A stretch of 64,000 nt of DNA from Vicugna vicugna (Eukaryota): NCBI GenBank assembly GCA_013265495.1, contig MU058645.1:848995-912994 (forward strand), read 5' to 3'. Shown here one piece after another: positions 36,155 to 48,400 of this stretch (the first letter of the stretch is position 1; every line of letters begins with the position of its first letter). The notes below the pieces were generated by a model that saw only the letters and a program-made list of their open reading frames with translations, ran no database searches and was not told the DNA's origin. The position numbers and the translations under genes are program-made.

Positions 36155-37619
36155 CTGTGCACAGATATCCAGAAAGCAAAAGAGGAAAAGCAGCATGTCT
36201 TCCTTCTCGCCCTCCAGCCCCAGGCTGGGAGCGGGGAGGGGGCGCTGTATTAAAAGGCGGGAATTGAGCCCTACCCGTTAGAGCAGTCCTGCTGGCTGAG
36301 CAGTCCCACCACGGAGAGAGCTTCCTCGGACAACGCCTATGGGCGTAGGTGCTGAGCACTGGCAAAGCCCTCTGCTCCCTCCCTTCTCCCCTCCTGCCTC
36401 TGCTTCGAGCCCCCAGACATCATTTCCCAGCAACCTCCCCGGCACAGCTCAGGAGGTAGAACCCACAGGTCACTCGGGGTCTGTCCTCGGGCCCCCCACC
36501 CATGTTCTTGAACTTGAAGGGCGCCTAAGCCCTGAGCCAGCCTCCGGCAGAGAGATGGAGCCCAGCAGGTGCACGTGGAGGAGACTCTCGTGAGCTGCAG
36601 GGAGGGGCGTCACCGCCGGGGCCCCTGAGAATTAGGGGGGTACTGACCCCTGCCCTCTCCACACAGGGGAAAGGTCTTCACCTCCCAAAGGAAGCACTGC
36701 TGGAGTGAGCTCTCCAGACTCCTATCTCCACCCTAATTCCTCCTCCCTCCACAGGAAGCAGAGAGGCGGGGTGAGTGCCAGTGAACTGCCAACACGGCCC
36801 CACGCCCTCCCCGGCTCGGGTCCGCGGGCAGGCCCGGGGGCCTGGACGGGCCCTGCCCCTTTCAGGCTCTGCTGTTCACAGCGTGCTCAGGCCCCCTCCC
36901 AAGGAGGGCAAGGTAGCGGGAAGCCCCGCGGGGGCCCACGTCTAAGCTGTGGTCCCCAACGCAGCTTTCCTGCAACGAAGTCCACAGTCAGCTGTGACGA
37001 GCCCACGCCACCACGTGAGTGCTCGTTTACCAGGACCGCTAGAAGGAGGAATGTACTGTAGGAGTCAAGCAATAAATTCCATGCTGAAGAGCCATCTTGT
37101 TAATATATATATATATATATATATTCAAGAATTTCTTAAGTTAGGATGTTGACCAAATGATGTTTAAATATACCCGGATGCTCTGTCCACCAGGCTAGTA
37201 ACGTTCCTGAAAGAAGAACTCGGGAAAGCCCCTTTGCAGTGGGCCCAGCCAGTTTCTGGAACATCTGATGGCTGCCACCAAATAGCCTTTTAGTGAAATA
37301 AGTGTAAATGAGTCAGGAACTTGTGGATCACATTTTAGCGGAAACAAAGGAACCAAAATTTATAAAGAAAAGGTGGTTGGCAAACTCACTCTAGTTTGTT
37401 GAAACCAAACATTTGAAAAATAGTTTGACTGATTCTGCCAACTGAAAACTCGGCCAATCGTTTACTGTCCCGAAGTATTTACTAGCATTTTTCCAGATTG
37501 CACTTCCTGTCCATATTTCTAAATGTTCCTGGCCACTCTGCTGATAACTATTTGGAAGACTTCACCCGAGCAGGGAGGGTTCGCCTCATTCTTTGAGAAT
37601 CAGTCCAATGTCATACTGA

Positions 37620-37830
37620 CTGGATGGCTTCACAGTTCACAGAATTCTTTCAAGAATATCACTTCACTTAATCCTTGCAGCCTTAACCTGGGATCACTCC
37701 ATCTTATGCCCCCTTCTACAGATAAAGAAACTAAGGCTCGGAGAGGTTAAATGACTTTCTCAAGGCTATCTAGTCAGAAAAAAATGCAGAACAAGGATTA
37801 AAATCCAGGTCCCCTGATCCCAAACCCACA
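37620..37830 (-). mobile_element. MIR SINE
   Basis: cacttaatccttgcagcc..tacagataaagaaactaaggctcggagaggttaaatgactttctcaagg. Confidence 0.75.
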
Positions 37831-38943
37831 GCACGGTTAACGAGCAGGCTGCACTCCCCGCCTGCTCTCACCACGCTCTTCCAAAGAGGGAAGCCGACGG
37901 GACACTTTGGGGAAGGACAGGTCGGCCGTCGCACGCAGGCCATGCTCCCCCAGGGCCAGGAAGAAGGACGCGGTCTCCGGACTGCTGAGGTGACCGACCT
38001 CGCCCACTGCCCACTGTCCTCCATCCCTGCTTCTGTCTACATCACTTCAGTCTCTCTACCTGGACCTTTAGTATACAGACAGGATGCTCATCATTCTGAA
38101 ACTAACGTAATTAAAAAGGCTTCCGGTATGAGGATGGACTTGTGAAGAAGGCCAGCCAAACGGCCCGCTACGAATGGAGCAAATTGTGTTGTCAATGGAG
38201 ACATCTTCCACTTTTTCATCAGTCGACCCACTGAGTTATCCCAGGTCTGTCCACAGAGTAAACGATACAGTGATTAGTCCATCTTTCACAACACCTCCCG
38301 ACTTAGTGCTCAGGCATTTAATTAATGTCCTGTTTACACCCCACTTCCCAATCATTAATAAAGATGTTTAATAGAACTGAATGCAATGCCAGTCTGTCTG
38401 TATAACACCCTGCCGAGTGTCCCCCGCCCCAAGATGTGGCCCTGCCCCCCACCACCAGGCACACAATGCAAGGCTCTAAGACCCCCATAGTTTTCATATT
38501 TAAAACCCCCAGAATTTCCCACTCTGTGTCCTGACACCAGAAAGAATGTGACGTGCTGGGGACATCTGGGCACTGGACAGCCCACCCGCTGCTAAGAGTC
38601 ATTTTGCCAGAGGGACCAAGCAGCAGACCTTTCCTTGAAGGGCAAGGGGCAGTCTGGAGTATCACCCCGGAGCTCCGACCCCATCTGCCCCACCTTCAAG
38701 AACTCCTGCCATCTTCCTTTCTCTCCTCACCTGGTCCACAGCCGCCTGGAACAGCTTCCCCGTCACCCTGCGCACCGCTGTCCTCCCCGAGCCCATTGGC
38801 TCTGACATCACTTGTGCCTGATGTCACTTGTGAACGTGCCCGTGTACCCAGCCAGCGGGGACAGCGGGGGCGGGGGAGAGCTCCGCCCACTGCTCAGGAG
38901 CAGAAATGACGCCTCCTGAAGTCACACACTGAGCCAGACTCAC

Positions 38944-39297
38944 AGGCAGCTCCCGGAGAGACCGTGCCTGGGGGACGCCCTGAGAAATGTCGATAAATCC
39001 ATCAAAATGACGACCAGCAGCCTCCAGCTCCTCCTGCCTCAAGTGCCGGTGTGTCGTCGCCCCGCCAGGAACACGCAGAGGATGTCATCTTCAATGCATT
39101 GAAAGCAGCGCGCGGACTGCCCACCTGTCTGGAGACCAGGAGCCCCCCCGCTGGCCAGGAAAAGACAGCTGTGCCCCTACCCCTCATCAGGTCACCCCCT
39201 CTCGGCCCCCCGAGACCTGACCCCGCTGAGTTCCACTGACCTCCGAGAACAGGAAGAATTCTCCATCGATGTCCTCTTCGTATAGACTTTAGTCTCC
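38944..39297 (-). pseudogene. Most 5' recognisable pseudo-exon (..QEELEAAGRHFDGFIDISQGVPQARSLRELP)
   Basis: Strong acceptor cttcttttcacag| at 39297, donor CCT|gtgagt at 38944 in phase with the exon starting at 36154; HFDGF..RSLRELP~TTDGF..KDLRLVS; 5' part has stops in all frames. Confidence 0.55.
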
Positions 39298-40729
39298 CTG
39301 TGAAAAGAAGCATGGGAGATAAAAGAAAGAACATTTCCAGTGGAAGCTATTTTAAAGCCTTGATGTTTTGGCAAATACGAGGTTCCTCCCAGTCTCCGGT
39401 CGCTGAGGGGACAATCAACGCAGCCGCTTCCGCAGAGGCCCCTTACCGCGAGCTTTCCAGCTGGGGAACCACAGGGACGCGAGTTTTTGCCCTTGACAGA
39501 GACCCGGTTACCACAAGGTTTATTTTAAAAGGAAATAGGCTGGAAATGAAGGAACGAGAACCCACAAGGGACAAAAAGAGGCAAGGTCCAAAAGACCCCA
39601 AGATCTCTGCACCCCAGGGACAGACTGAAATTTAGACACAGCCTCTCAGCAGGGGCTTCCAAACTGGAAGTTCAAATAGGCAAAAGGCTTCCTCTTGGAT
39701 GTTCTGAACTCAGAGAAACAGGAAGGTCACCAGGCCCCCAAGGAGATTAGATCCTAAAAGATCTCACTCCTCCCGGACGCAGGCCTTCCACGCAGGCCTG
39801 TGGCGCACAGCTCAGCTTGCGTTTCCCACGTGTTGGGAGGTCTCTCCTGCTGACGAGGGGTCTGTAGGCCCAGCGCCCAGGGGAGCCGCTCTGGGAACCT
39901 CAGCCTGCCAAATGGGTGAGCTGGAAGTCTTCCTTCTGAACTCAAAACAAAACAAAACGAAAACCAGGCCAAAGCAGGCTCCTGATTGGTGACTAGACTA
40001 ATGCGATTTGATAAATTGCTTCCTGTCCCACTGGGCGAGGCCGCTACCAAATTTTAGATTTCAATTGTATGAGAAATTACTTCCGCAATTCAGTCAGCAA
40101 GAGCACCTATAACTGTTTTTTTTTTTCAGTTTTATAAGAATGTGACAAAAATGAGAAGATTCATAGCTTCGTGGCAGCAGCATCTGAATACACAAGTTAC
40201 AAGAAGCCTGGGTTAGAGAATTTTAGTGTGTGAGCGCAACCGCGTGTCTGCCGGGCTGCTCAGGGAGCCCAGGGTTCCCACATCGCTGCAGGTGGCTTGT
40301 GAAACCCCTAGCCTTTCCCCCTAAAGGAGCCGATGGCAAGGACCCTCTCCAGACGGCGCAGGCCCATCACCCAGAGCTCTCAGGAGAGCCCTGGCTTTGG
40401 GTTCCTGTCTCGGAGCTGTTCTGAGGCTGAGTGTCCAGGAGGGGGGACCTCCCAGGTCAAAGCCCAGGGCGGGTTTGCATCCATAGCCTCACAACGTGTG
40501 CACACCTGCCCTCTCCGGGAGTCCCTGCGGCTCCGTTAGGACTCAGGGTCACACAGAAGCCTGAAGATGAGGCAGAATCCAGCATCCAACCATCACGCCT
40601 TTCCCCTAATTTAAGTGCTGCCACCAGACACTCACACCTGCGACCACACAGGCCGAGTGCCCGGGGCGGCCTTGTGTTTCTAGGAGCTGACAGCCAAGTT
40701 AGGAGGGAAAGAATAACGCAAAATAGTGA

Positions 40730-40950
40730 CAGGTAACATTCATCCGTGTCAGGCACTACTCCGTGCTCTTACCTGGATTAATTCAACTACCCCTCCCCGC
40801 AGCCCTTTGAGACAGGGAACGTTGCCAGGCCCATTTTACAGATGAGGAACCTGAGGCCAGGGAGGGCTGGGAGCTGCCAAAATTTGCCCAGCTGGTCAGA
40901 AACAGATCTGGGAGAGGCGCCGTGTCCCCAGCCTGCACACCCACTGTGAA
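40730..40950 (-). mobile_element. MIR SINE
   Basis: gtgtcaggcactac..cccattttacagatgaggaacctgaggccagggaggg. Confidence 0.75.
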
Positions 40951-41999
40951 CAGTGGGCACAGATCGGTGACCAGGGTGTTCGACTTCTCTCTCTCCCTGG
41001 TGACTTTCTGGTTCATGTCTGATAGACGGGTCACACTAGCCCCCAAGGAGGACACCAAGCCCGGAAGGCTTCTCGGGCTCACAGAGAGCTGTGCATGCGA
41101 GAGAGGAGCACCCACCGCCACGCCCTGCCCTGGCCAGGGCGGGCCCTGAGACGCTGAGCTGTCCGGACTGCAGCGCCACCTCTCCTGTGCCGGCGGACGG
41201 GGCCTGCTCTGCTGAAGGCCGGGAGGGGAGCCGCCCCACGAGCCTGCTCAGCAAGTGGACGTCGCGGGGAGGTGCCTCGCTGCCCAGGCTGGGCTGTAGT
41301 CCGCACAGATGCCAGCATTCCCGCATGTGTCCGTGCCTCCTGGCTCCTCCTGAATCTTCCCGCGCGTGAGCTCTTTCACGTCCTCTCCAAGTTGGTGGGA
41401 AATCAGGTAGAAGATTGTTTTCCTTCCATGGCTCAAAGCTTGAAAATTAAACAAACTCTGAGCTGATAAACTCGAATAACAAGACAAAAATGTTTAAGGC
41501 GGGCAATTCAGACTGAAAATGTGAAAGGATGTCACCATTTCTAGATTTGCAAAATTTTTAAATTTGGAGGGGGCCATAGAGATGAGTAATCCGGCTTCTT
41601 CATTTTATAGACCAGGACACTGACGTCCAATGTTTAAAGAAATCCTCACAGCTAGAAAGAAGCAAAACCAGTCTGAATTCAAGTCTTCTGCTGCAAATCC
41701 AAGGCTACTTCTAGTCAACCATGTGCTCTCAAAGGAGAGAGAACTGTTACCAGCCCAGGGCTCACATTTGCTAAGTGATTGCTATTTTCTCTAAGGAATA
41801 AGATATTTATTAACATCTCTGTGTATGTTGAATGTTTATAAGCAGTTGTAATGTTCCCAGCAGCCTTTGGCATCATGAGGGGAACATAATTGTCAGAAGT
41901 GTGAAAATGCTACATATGTGATTTTACATGTTCATTTGTGTGATGACCCCAGTCAAGATGCACAACAACTCATCCCAGGATCCCTTGTGCTACACTTTT

Positions 42000-43085
42000 A
42001 TGGAACTAAATACACACATGTGCACACACACAACTGTGTGCGTGTAAGACTGGAGAGCTCTGAATAAGATCAATGGATTGTGTCAGCATCAGTTTCCCAG
42101 GAGAAATGCAGGTGTGTAAGATGTTACAAGTATGTAACGCCCGGGAAAAGGGGTGAGGGGTATACGTATCTCTCTCTATTATTTCTTACAACTGCATGAG
42201 AATCTCAGGATAAAAAGTTTTAAAATAGCCAAATCCGGGACACGGACGACATCAAGCGCTGGTGAGGGTGTGGAGCAACTGGAGCGCTCACACAACTGCT
42301 GGTGGGAAGGCAAAGGTGCAGCCACTTTGGACGGCAATTTGGTGGTTTCTTACAAAACTAAATACACTCTTAGCCTACAATCCAGAAATTACACTCCCTG
42401 GTATCTACTCAAAGGAGTTTGAAACATAGATCCACACAAGAACCTGCATATGAATGCTTATAGCAGCTTTATTCATAATTGCCAAAACTTAAAACATAAT
42501 TGCAACCAAGATGTCCTTCAGTAGGTGAATGAATTTTAAAATACGATGTACCTCCAAACAATGCAATAGTGCGCAGTAATAAAAGGAAATGAGCTATCAA
42601 GCCATGAAAAGACGTGGAGGAATCTAAAATGCCTACCACTGAGTGCAAGAAGCCAATAAGAAAAGGCCACATGTTGGGTGATTCCAGCCATAGGGCATTC
42701 TGGAAAAGGCAAAACTGCGGAGACAGTGAAAGTATCAGTGGTCGCCAGGGGCTGGGGGAGGGGATGGGTAGGTGGAGCACAGAGGGTTCAGAGCTGTGAA
42801 AGCACTCTGGGTGATACCTTAGTGATGGATACATGTCAGTGCACACTTGTCCAAGTGTAGGAGGCACAACACTGAGAGTGAGCCCGAGTGTAAGCTCTGG
42901 GCGCTGGCTGAGGGTGACGTGTCCATGGAGGGTCATCAGCTGTGACAAATGTACCATCTGGTGGGGGCGGGGATACTGGGGGAGGCTGCGCATGCGTGGG
43001 GCCAGGAGGTGTATGGGAAGTCTCTGTAACTTCTCAATTTTGCTGTGAATCTAAAACTCCTCTAAAAAATAAAGTCTTTTAAAGA
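42000..43085 (+). mobile_element. L1MB/L1MC-type 3' UTR segments
   Basis: gctggtgagggtgtggagcaactgga..gcagctttattcataattgccaaaac..ttttgctgtgaatctaaaactcctctaaaaaataaag. Confidence 0.85.
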
Positions 43086-43199
43086 AACATACGACTTAAG
43101 TCTCAGGATGGTAATGATCTAAAGTGATTTCGTATCAACCATCTCAGTTTACAAGCAGAAGGGCTCGCACCAAGGATAAGACAATTGTGATTCCTGTGA

Positions 43200-43760
43200 A
43201 CTCGGGCCTGGGACGCCCCCCGTGAGCGCTGAAGGAGTGCAGGGCACGGACAGCTCCGGGGCAGCCCAGGGGACGGGGCAGGAGGCCAGGGAAGGCGGCC
43301 TCCAGGGACAGGGACAAGCAGGAGTGAAGGAGGCCGAGCGACCTGGCCGTCAGAGATGCTGAGCGAGTGCAGGGCGGAAAGGAGCGGGGGCTCGGGCGAC
43401 ACGAGGAGGCTCGAGTGGCCGTGCGGCTCAGAAGCAGCGGCGAGAAAGCCTGGAGACCAGAGGGAAGAAAGGGGGACGAACACAAGGTTGTGAGTTTTAA
43501 CCAGATTCTAACAGAAATAAAAATGAGGTACCCCCAACGCGTGGTGCGACTGTCTTCAAACCGCCACAAGCAGAGCCCTGATTTCCCAGAACATTTTCCA
43601 AGACGGCCTGCTCCACAGCGCAGATAACTCGGAGCTTCTCAGGCCGCAGGCGGGGGCACCTCCCTGACCCTCGGGCCAGGCCCCCGCCCAGCCTCGGGCG
43701 CCCTCACAGCTCAGGGAGTGAGGCCCGGGCGCCTCTGCTCAGCTCCCAGCAAGCGTTGGT
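43200..43760. promoter_or_regulatory. CpG-rich GC-rich segment, candidate promoter/CpG island
   Basis: Many CpGs (gggcgacacgaggaggctcgagtggccgtgcgg, cagcggcgag), GC boxes ggggcgggg and ccccgccc; non-repeat; about 4 kb upstream of the first pseudo-exon. Confidence 0.4.
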
Positions 43761-45964
43761 GTGGAAGGTGTTTAAACCTGACAAATCTCAGCTCCCTTCT
43801 TTCCAAGGAAAGGGATGATAACCGCATCCTCAAAGGACCGAGCAGGCCCTCCAGGGCTGGGAAGTGCTGTGAGGCCCCTTGGCTAAACACAACCCAGGTT
43901 TCCAGCGGCTGAGCTGGGGGAAAGGGTCACGGGACAGAGGGGCCCACCGGGAGCTTAAGGTCATAAAGTATCCAAATGGTTAAGAGCATGAAACCTTGGT
44001 CTGCAGATTCCGAACTGATAGAAACAGAAGACGGCCTAGAGACGTCTGGCTCCACTGCTCCATTTCACAGATGAGAAAACTGAGGTCAAAACGAGGTCAG
44101 GGCACCTGAAAGAACAGGAACAGAAAAGGATCCAGTGGTCCCAGTCTCGCCAGTCATCAGGAGCTCAGGTCACTGTCTCCATTCACTTCCTCTTAGACTT
44201 AAACATGCGCCCAACGAGGGAAACCTTTTCACTCAGAACAAAATGAGAGAGACAGGAGTACATGACTCTGCCAGTATGTCCATAATTTTATGCTTCCAAA
44301 CATTATATAATTTGTTAAATATGTGGGACAGAGAACTGGTTTGTTAGATGTAGATTTAACTTTATTCATATATATATTCTTTGTACTTCTACAAAAGGAT
44401 TTGAAGCAGCAGTAAAAACTCAGATGCTTGGGTGAAAGTAATGAGAACAAGGTAAAATTAGAAACAAAAAATAAAAGAGAGGGGGAGGGCAACATATTGA
44501 CTCTGCTGAAGACAACTTCAGCCACTGAGCACAGAATTTATTTCCAAGCTTCCTAGTGGGCCAGGCAAAAGGGGAAATTCTCATCATCCACTTCTGGTAG
44601 TGGAAAGTCACCTGTTTCTACGCTAACATAAATGATGTCTCCTAAATGAACTCAGCCAGTGCTTAGATGCCAAGAAATGGAATGTGACTACCAAACCGAG
44701 GACCTACTATGTGCCAGGCCCTGTAGGGTGACGTTGTCTCAGGGATATTTAATTAAGTCCTGACAACAGCAACGCCAGGAGATGAGAACACTGAGAACCC
44801 ATGGTCCATAGTGGATCTCGGGCTTGAAATCCAGGCTCTCTGAGGGAGGTTTGAGAGAAATCACCACACTCACTGGCTCCTGGGGAAGGAAGGAAATTAA
44901 TTCACTCAGGCGTCTCATGCGTAAAGAAATAAATTCATAAATAATGACACTGAAACCCTTGCTCTGGAGCGCGCAGAATTTGGTTTTACTTAGAAGGCGA
45001 TGAGCAACCTGGCTGAGGTCCAGCAGCCGTGGGGGTCTCCACACCCCCTCCCCCGTTGCCCACATCTAACTGATCAGCAAACCTGCCAGTGCTTCTTGTT
45101 GAATTCCTCACCTCTCCCTCTCCTCCGGCTGCCGCTGCCCGGGCTCAGCCCTCCTCGTCCACCCCCGGGTGGTTGATGAGTCTGAGTCCTGAAGGGTGCT
45201 CAGGAGGGAGCGCAGGGGGGCACACGCTGGCCTCTGGGGTCAGACCGTCTAGTGCCACCTCGGGATACATACGTTACTAGCATGTGACCTGGGAAAAGTG
45301 GCCTGACTCTCTGAGCCTGTTTCCACGTCTAGGGGTGGGGATGATGATGATGGGGATCCTGGCCTCTCTGGGCAGCTGCAGGCAAAAGTCCACACCAAGC
45401 ACTTAGAGGCCAACAAGTAAAACGCAGCCTGCAGCCTGAGTGTCAGCTGGGACGGCCCTGGGCCTCGCACCTTCACCTGCCAGGGTCGAAACTGAGGGAC
45501 GCAGCCTTTTCCAGCTGTTCTGCAAGAGGCCCTGCTGTTTCCAAGACCAAGTCAAAGTCCCTGGAGGACCATCCAGCCTCCCTGACCTGGCCTCCCCAGC
45601 CCCTCCAACCCGGCTCTACTCCTCCCAGCTGCCAGCAACCCGCCAGCCCCTCCCGGAGCTGGTGCTGGTTTTGCAGCCTTCCCACTGTGACCTGCTTCTA
45701 CCCGGGCCCTCAAACTCCTCATCCGGGGGACTGAGCCAGCCCCACACCCACTCTCCCAGAGCTCCCACCCCACCAGCCACACGGACACCCGCCGCACTGG
45801 CCTCTGTCCCTCAGAGCCCCTGGGACTAAAGCTGCTTCCCCGATGGCTCTCAGGCTGCTTCACTGCGTGTGTCCATCCACGCTTCCCCTCGGACAACATT
45901 CTTGCTGGCAGTTTGACTGGACTGGACATCTAGATAGTGGGATGCAGTGGGGAGACAAAGCAGT

Positions 45965-46410
45965 GTGTTGGCTTCCCGGGGCTGCTGTAACCAGTCACCA
46001 CCAACAGTGGGTCCAGCAACACGAATGGGGGATCTTGTCACTCTGGACGTCAGACATCCCACCGGGCCTCACTGGGCTAAACCCAAGGCGTGGGCAGGGC
46101 TGCACTCCTTGTGGAGGCTCCAGGGCAGAATCCACCCCCGCCCTTTCCAGCTCCCGATGCCCACAGGCCATGGCTTGTGTGCCCTTCCCCAGCGCCCCAC
46201 TCCTGCTCCCCCCACATCTCCTCCTCTGACCCCCACCCTGCCTCTTGGCAAGACCCTGGTGAGTACAGTGGGAACCCGGAGGATCCAGGACAAGCCTCTC
46301 ATCTTCAGTCCATGCCCATCACACCTGCAAAGTCCCATACCATGTTGGGTGACAGTCACAGGTCCTGGGGGTCAGGATGAGCACAGCTCTGGGGCCATTC
46401 TCTGTCCACC
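45965..46410 (-). mobile_element. MaLR LTR (MLT1C/D-like)
   Basis: tgtgttggcttcccggggctgctgtaaccagtcaccac..ggaggctccagggcagaatcc..ggggccattctctgtccaccaca. Confidence 0.75.
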
Positions 46411-48109
46411 ACAAGTGGGAGTAACCAGGTGGGAGTGGAAGTCACTGTGTCGCCAGCTGAGAAGGGGACCCTCGAGGGAAGCTAGGCAGATTGGGAGGGG
46501 GCACCTGGCAGACCGGGTCGGCAGTGGGGGGGCCTCCTGAGCAGGGCGCTGGGCAGCAGGAGCCGGAGGTGTGCCCCCTCCAGGGGTGGGTGCAGGTGGG
46601 GCGGGCAGAGCACTCAGCCTTGGGTCCCGGAGGTTGGGAAGGAATGAGGGGCCCTGGGGGAGCAAGGATGGCGCTGAGGACAGACCTGAGTGATAAGGTA
46701 CCGAGGCAGGGACAGTGGTGGCGGCCACATGGAGTCCTTCTGGTCCTTAGGGACGAGCACTCCAGCCCCCCAGGCACGTGGTTGGTGGGGGTCAGACTTG
46801 CCACCAGGCTGTGAAGCACCGTCAATCAGTGCATCTGACACTGCATTGTAGCCGGCAGAACCCACAGGGGGGCAGGCACTCGCTCACTCCCTGCCGGACT
46901 CCTGGCCCCCTGAACACCCCGGCAGGGCCTCCCCGTCTTTGCAGGGACCCTGGGGCCCTGATGCGGTGAGGGCACTCAGTGAACTTCTCCCCGGGGCACC
47001 AGTGCCGTTTAACGCCTGCTCATGCCACTGCTCAGCCACCAAGACCCTGAAGATAATTAGTCCTGAACTCAGCGAACAGATTTATCTTACACTGGGGATA
47101 GTCCATCAAATCCCTCTTCTGATAGAACTCATTTAAGAGAGGGCGAGAGAGAACGCTCCCAAAGGACAATTAATACGTTCTCCATCTTCAAGCAATTTCC
47201 AGCAGGTGTCGCAGCCAAAAGAGCAGACCCTCCCTCCCGGCAGCTGGGAGGGTCACCATCAGCGACAGACTCTGAACGGAGAGGCTGCCTCGACAGTTTC
47301 CACTGGTCCGGACAGTAAATTCCTGAAAAACATGTTTTATCTTTCCAGTTCTTTGAATTCTTCCCACCCAAAGCCCACGTATTGCACGGCCAGGCATCTT
47401 CTCAGATGCACGTCAATTATGCAAATGAAGAGCTTATTCCAGTCGTTACAGACAGGGCGAGAGAGGCACCTTGGGACTCAGCCTGGCTTTCGGGAAAGGC
47501 CTCAGCTCAGCGCGGACGCGACCACCGTAGGCCTGTGACAAATGGATGGTCTGACGGGGCTCCCCCAAATCCTCACAGAAAGTCTCTGATAAGCAAAATG
47601 ATAGCAGGAGGAAGAGAGAGCTGGAGAAAAGCAGACGATTTATTTTTTTGCCTCAAGAGCATCAGGAGCACAGACCGTGGTACGTGATCTGCATCCTCGG
47701 TCCCGCCCCGTCTGGGAAACCGAGGAAGAAGGGTCCTCGGGGAATCTGCGTCTTTGGTTCTGCCGTCCGGGCCTGACCTCTCACTCAGGCCCCTGCACAG
47801 CCCTGCGGAAACGGTAGCTGGAGATCAGATCCCCTCCTCTGGGAAACAAAGCGCTTCAAGCAAGGTGGTGAGCACAGCCCGGCCTGCCTCCCCGCCTGCT
47901 CTTATCTTCCTCCACCCACGTCGGTGCCCCCAGGCGTCCCCGCGGCTGCTGAAACCCTCACTAGGTTGACAGGATCTGGGAGCCACTGTTAGGTTCCTCT
48001 GATTCTTGGAAAGAAAGTTGACAGCATGTGAAAGCATCTCCTAATCTGACTGGGGTCCTCCGTCTCCACCCGTGTGGGACCCTGGTGGTCCGGGACCCTG
48101 CACTCACCG

Positions 48110-48400
48110 TCCGAGGTCTGGGAGTGGTTAGTTTTATGGGCTCAGTAACTTCATATGCCAATAAGTGGGAGGATTATTCCAAACACTTTGGGGAAGGGGC
48201 TAGGACTCCCAGGAACTGGGCCACCCCCACTTTTTGACCTTTTATGGTCAGCCTTGGAACTGTCATGGCGCCTGTGGGAGGGCCATTTAGCAACAATTGT
48301 ATTTCAATGAGCATCTATTGAAGCTCAACGTCTACTGGGAGGTGAGTTGTCTACCATCCTGGTGCTAATGGCTGTGTTGTTCTTCCAGTGGCTGTGCCTG
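48110..48400 (-). mobile_element. ERV-type LTR fragment
   Basis: gtgggaggattattccaaacactttggggaaggggc..tttttgaccttttatggtcagccttggaactgtcatggcgcctgtggg resembles recalled artiodactyl ERV1 LTRs. Confidence 0.45.

Larger units (their letters stand above)
220..39297 (-). pseudogene. Multi-exon unitary pseudogene of a divergent GREB1/GREB1L-family gene (3' end runs off the window start)
   Basis: About 20 minus-strand segments with AG/GT boundaries, many phase-compatible. Translations match recalled human GREB1 motifs in collinear order, e.g. KKGAVINWRG~TKGPLICWKG; IPASSANKRV~LAASSCNDSV; LVYKPWTV..P..LLSG~LYYRQWTV..P..LLLSG; EQNISFLNKVSRSLEAA~ERNVSLKHIMQHIEAA; YASELSLKPLRC~RASEVQEPFSRC; YAEGLLGSGMDSC~FSGLLLYLCDSF. 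Multiple stops and frameshifts, plus an LTR inside an exon. Confidence 0.8.

Noticed and set aside
35942..36196. Secreted peptide ORF starting MLLFLFCFLDICAQ
   Set aside because: The apparent signal peptide is the translated polypyrimidine tract of the acceptor at 36154.
36235..36262. GC box plus TATA-like tattaaaa on the plus strand
   Set aside because: Non-canonical motif with no downstream gene structure.
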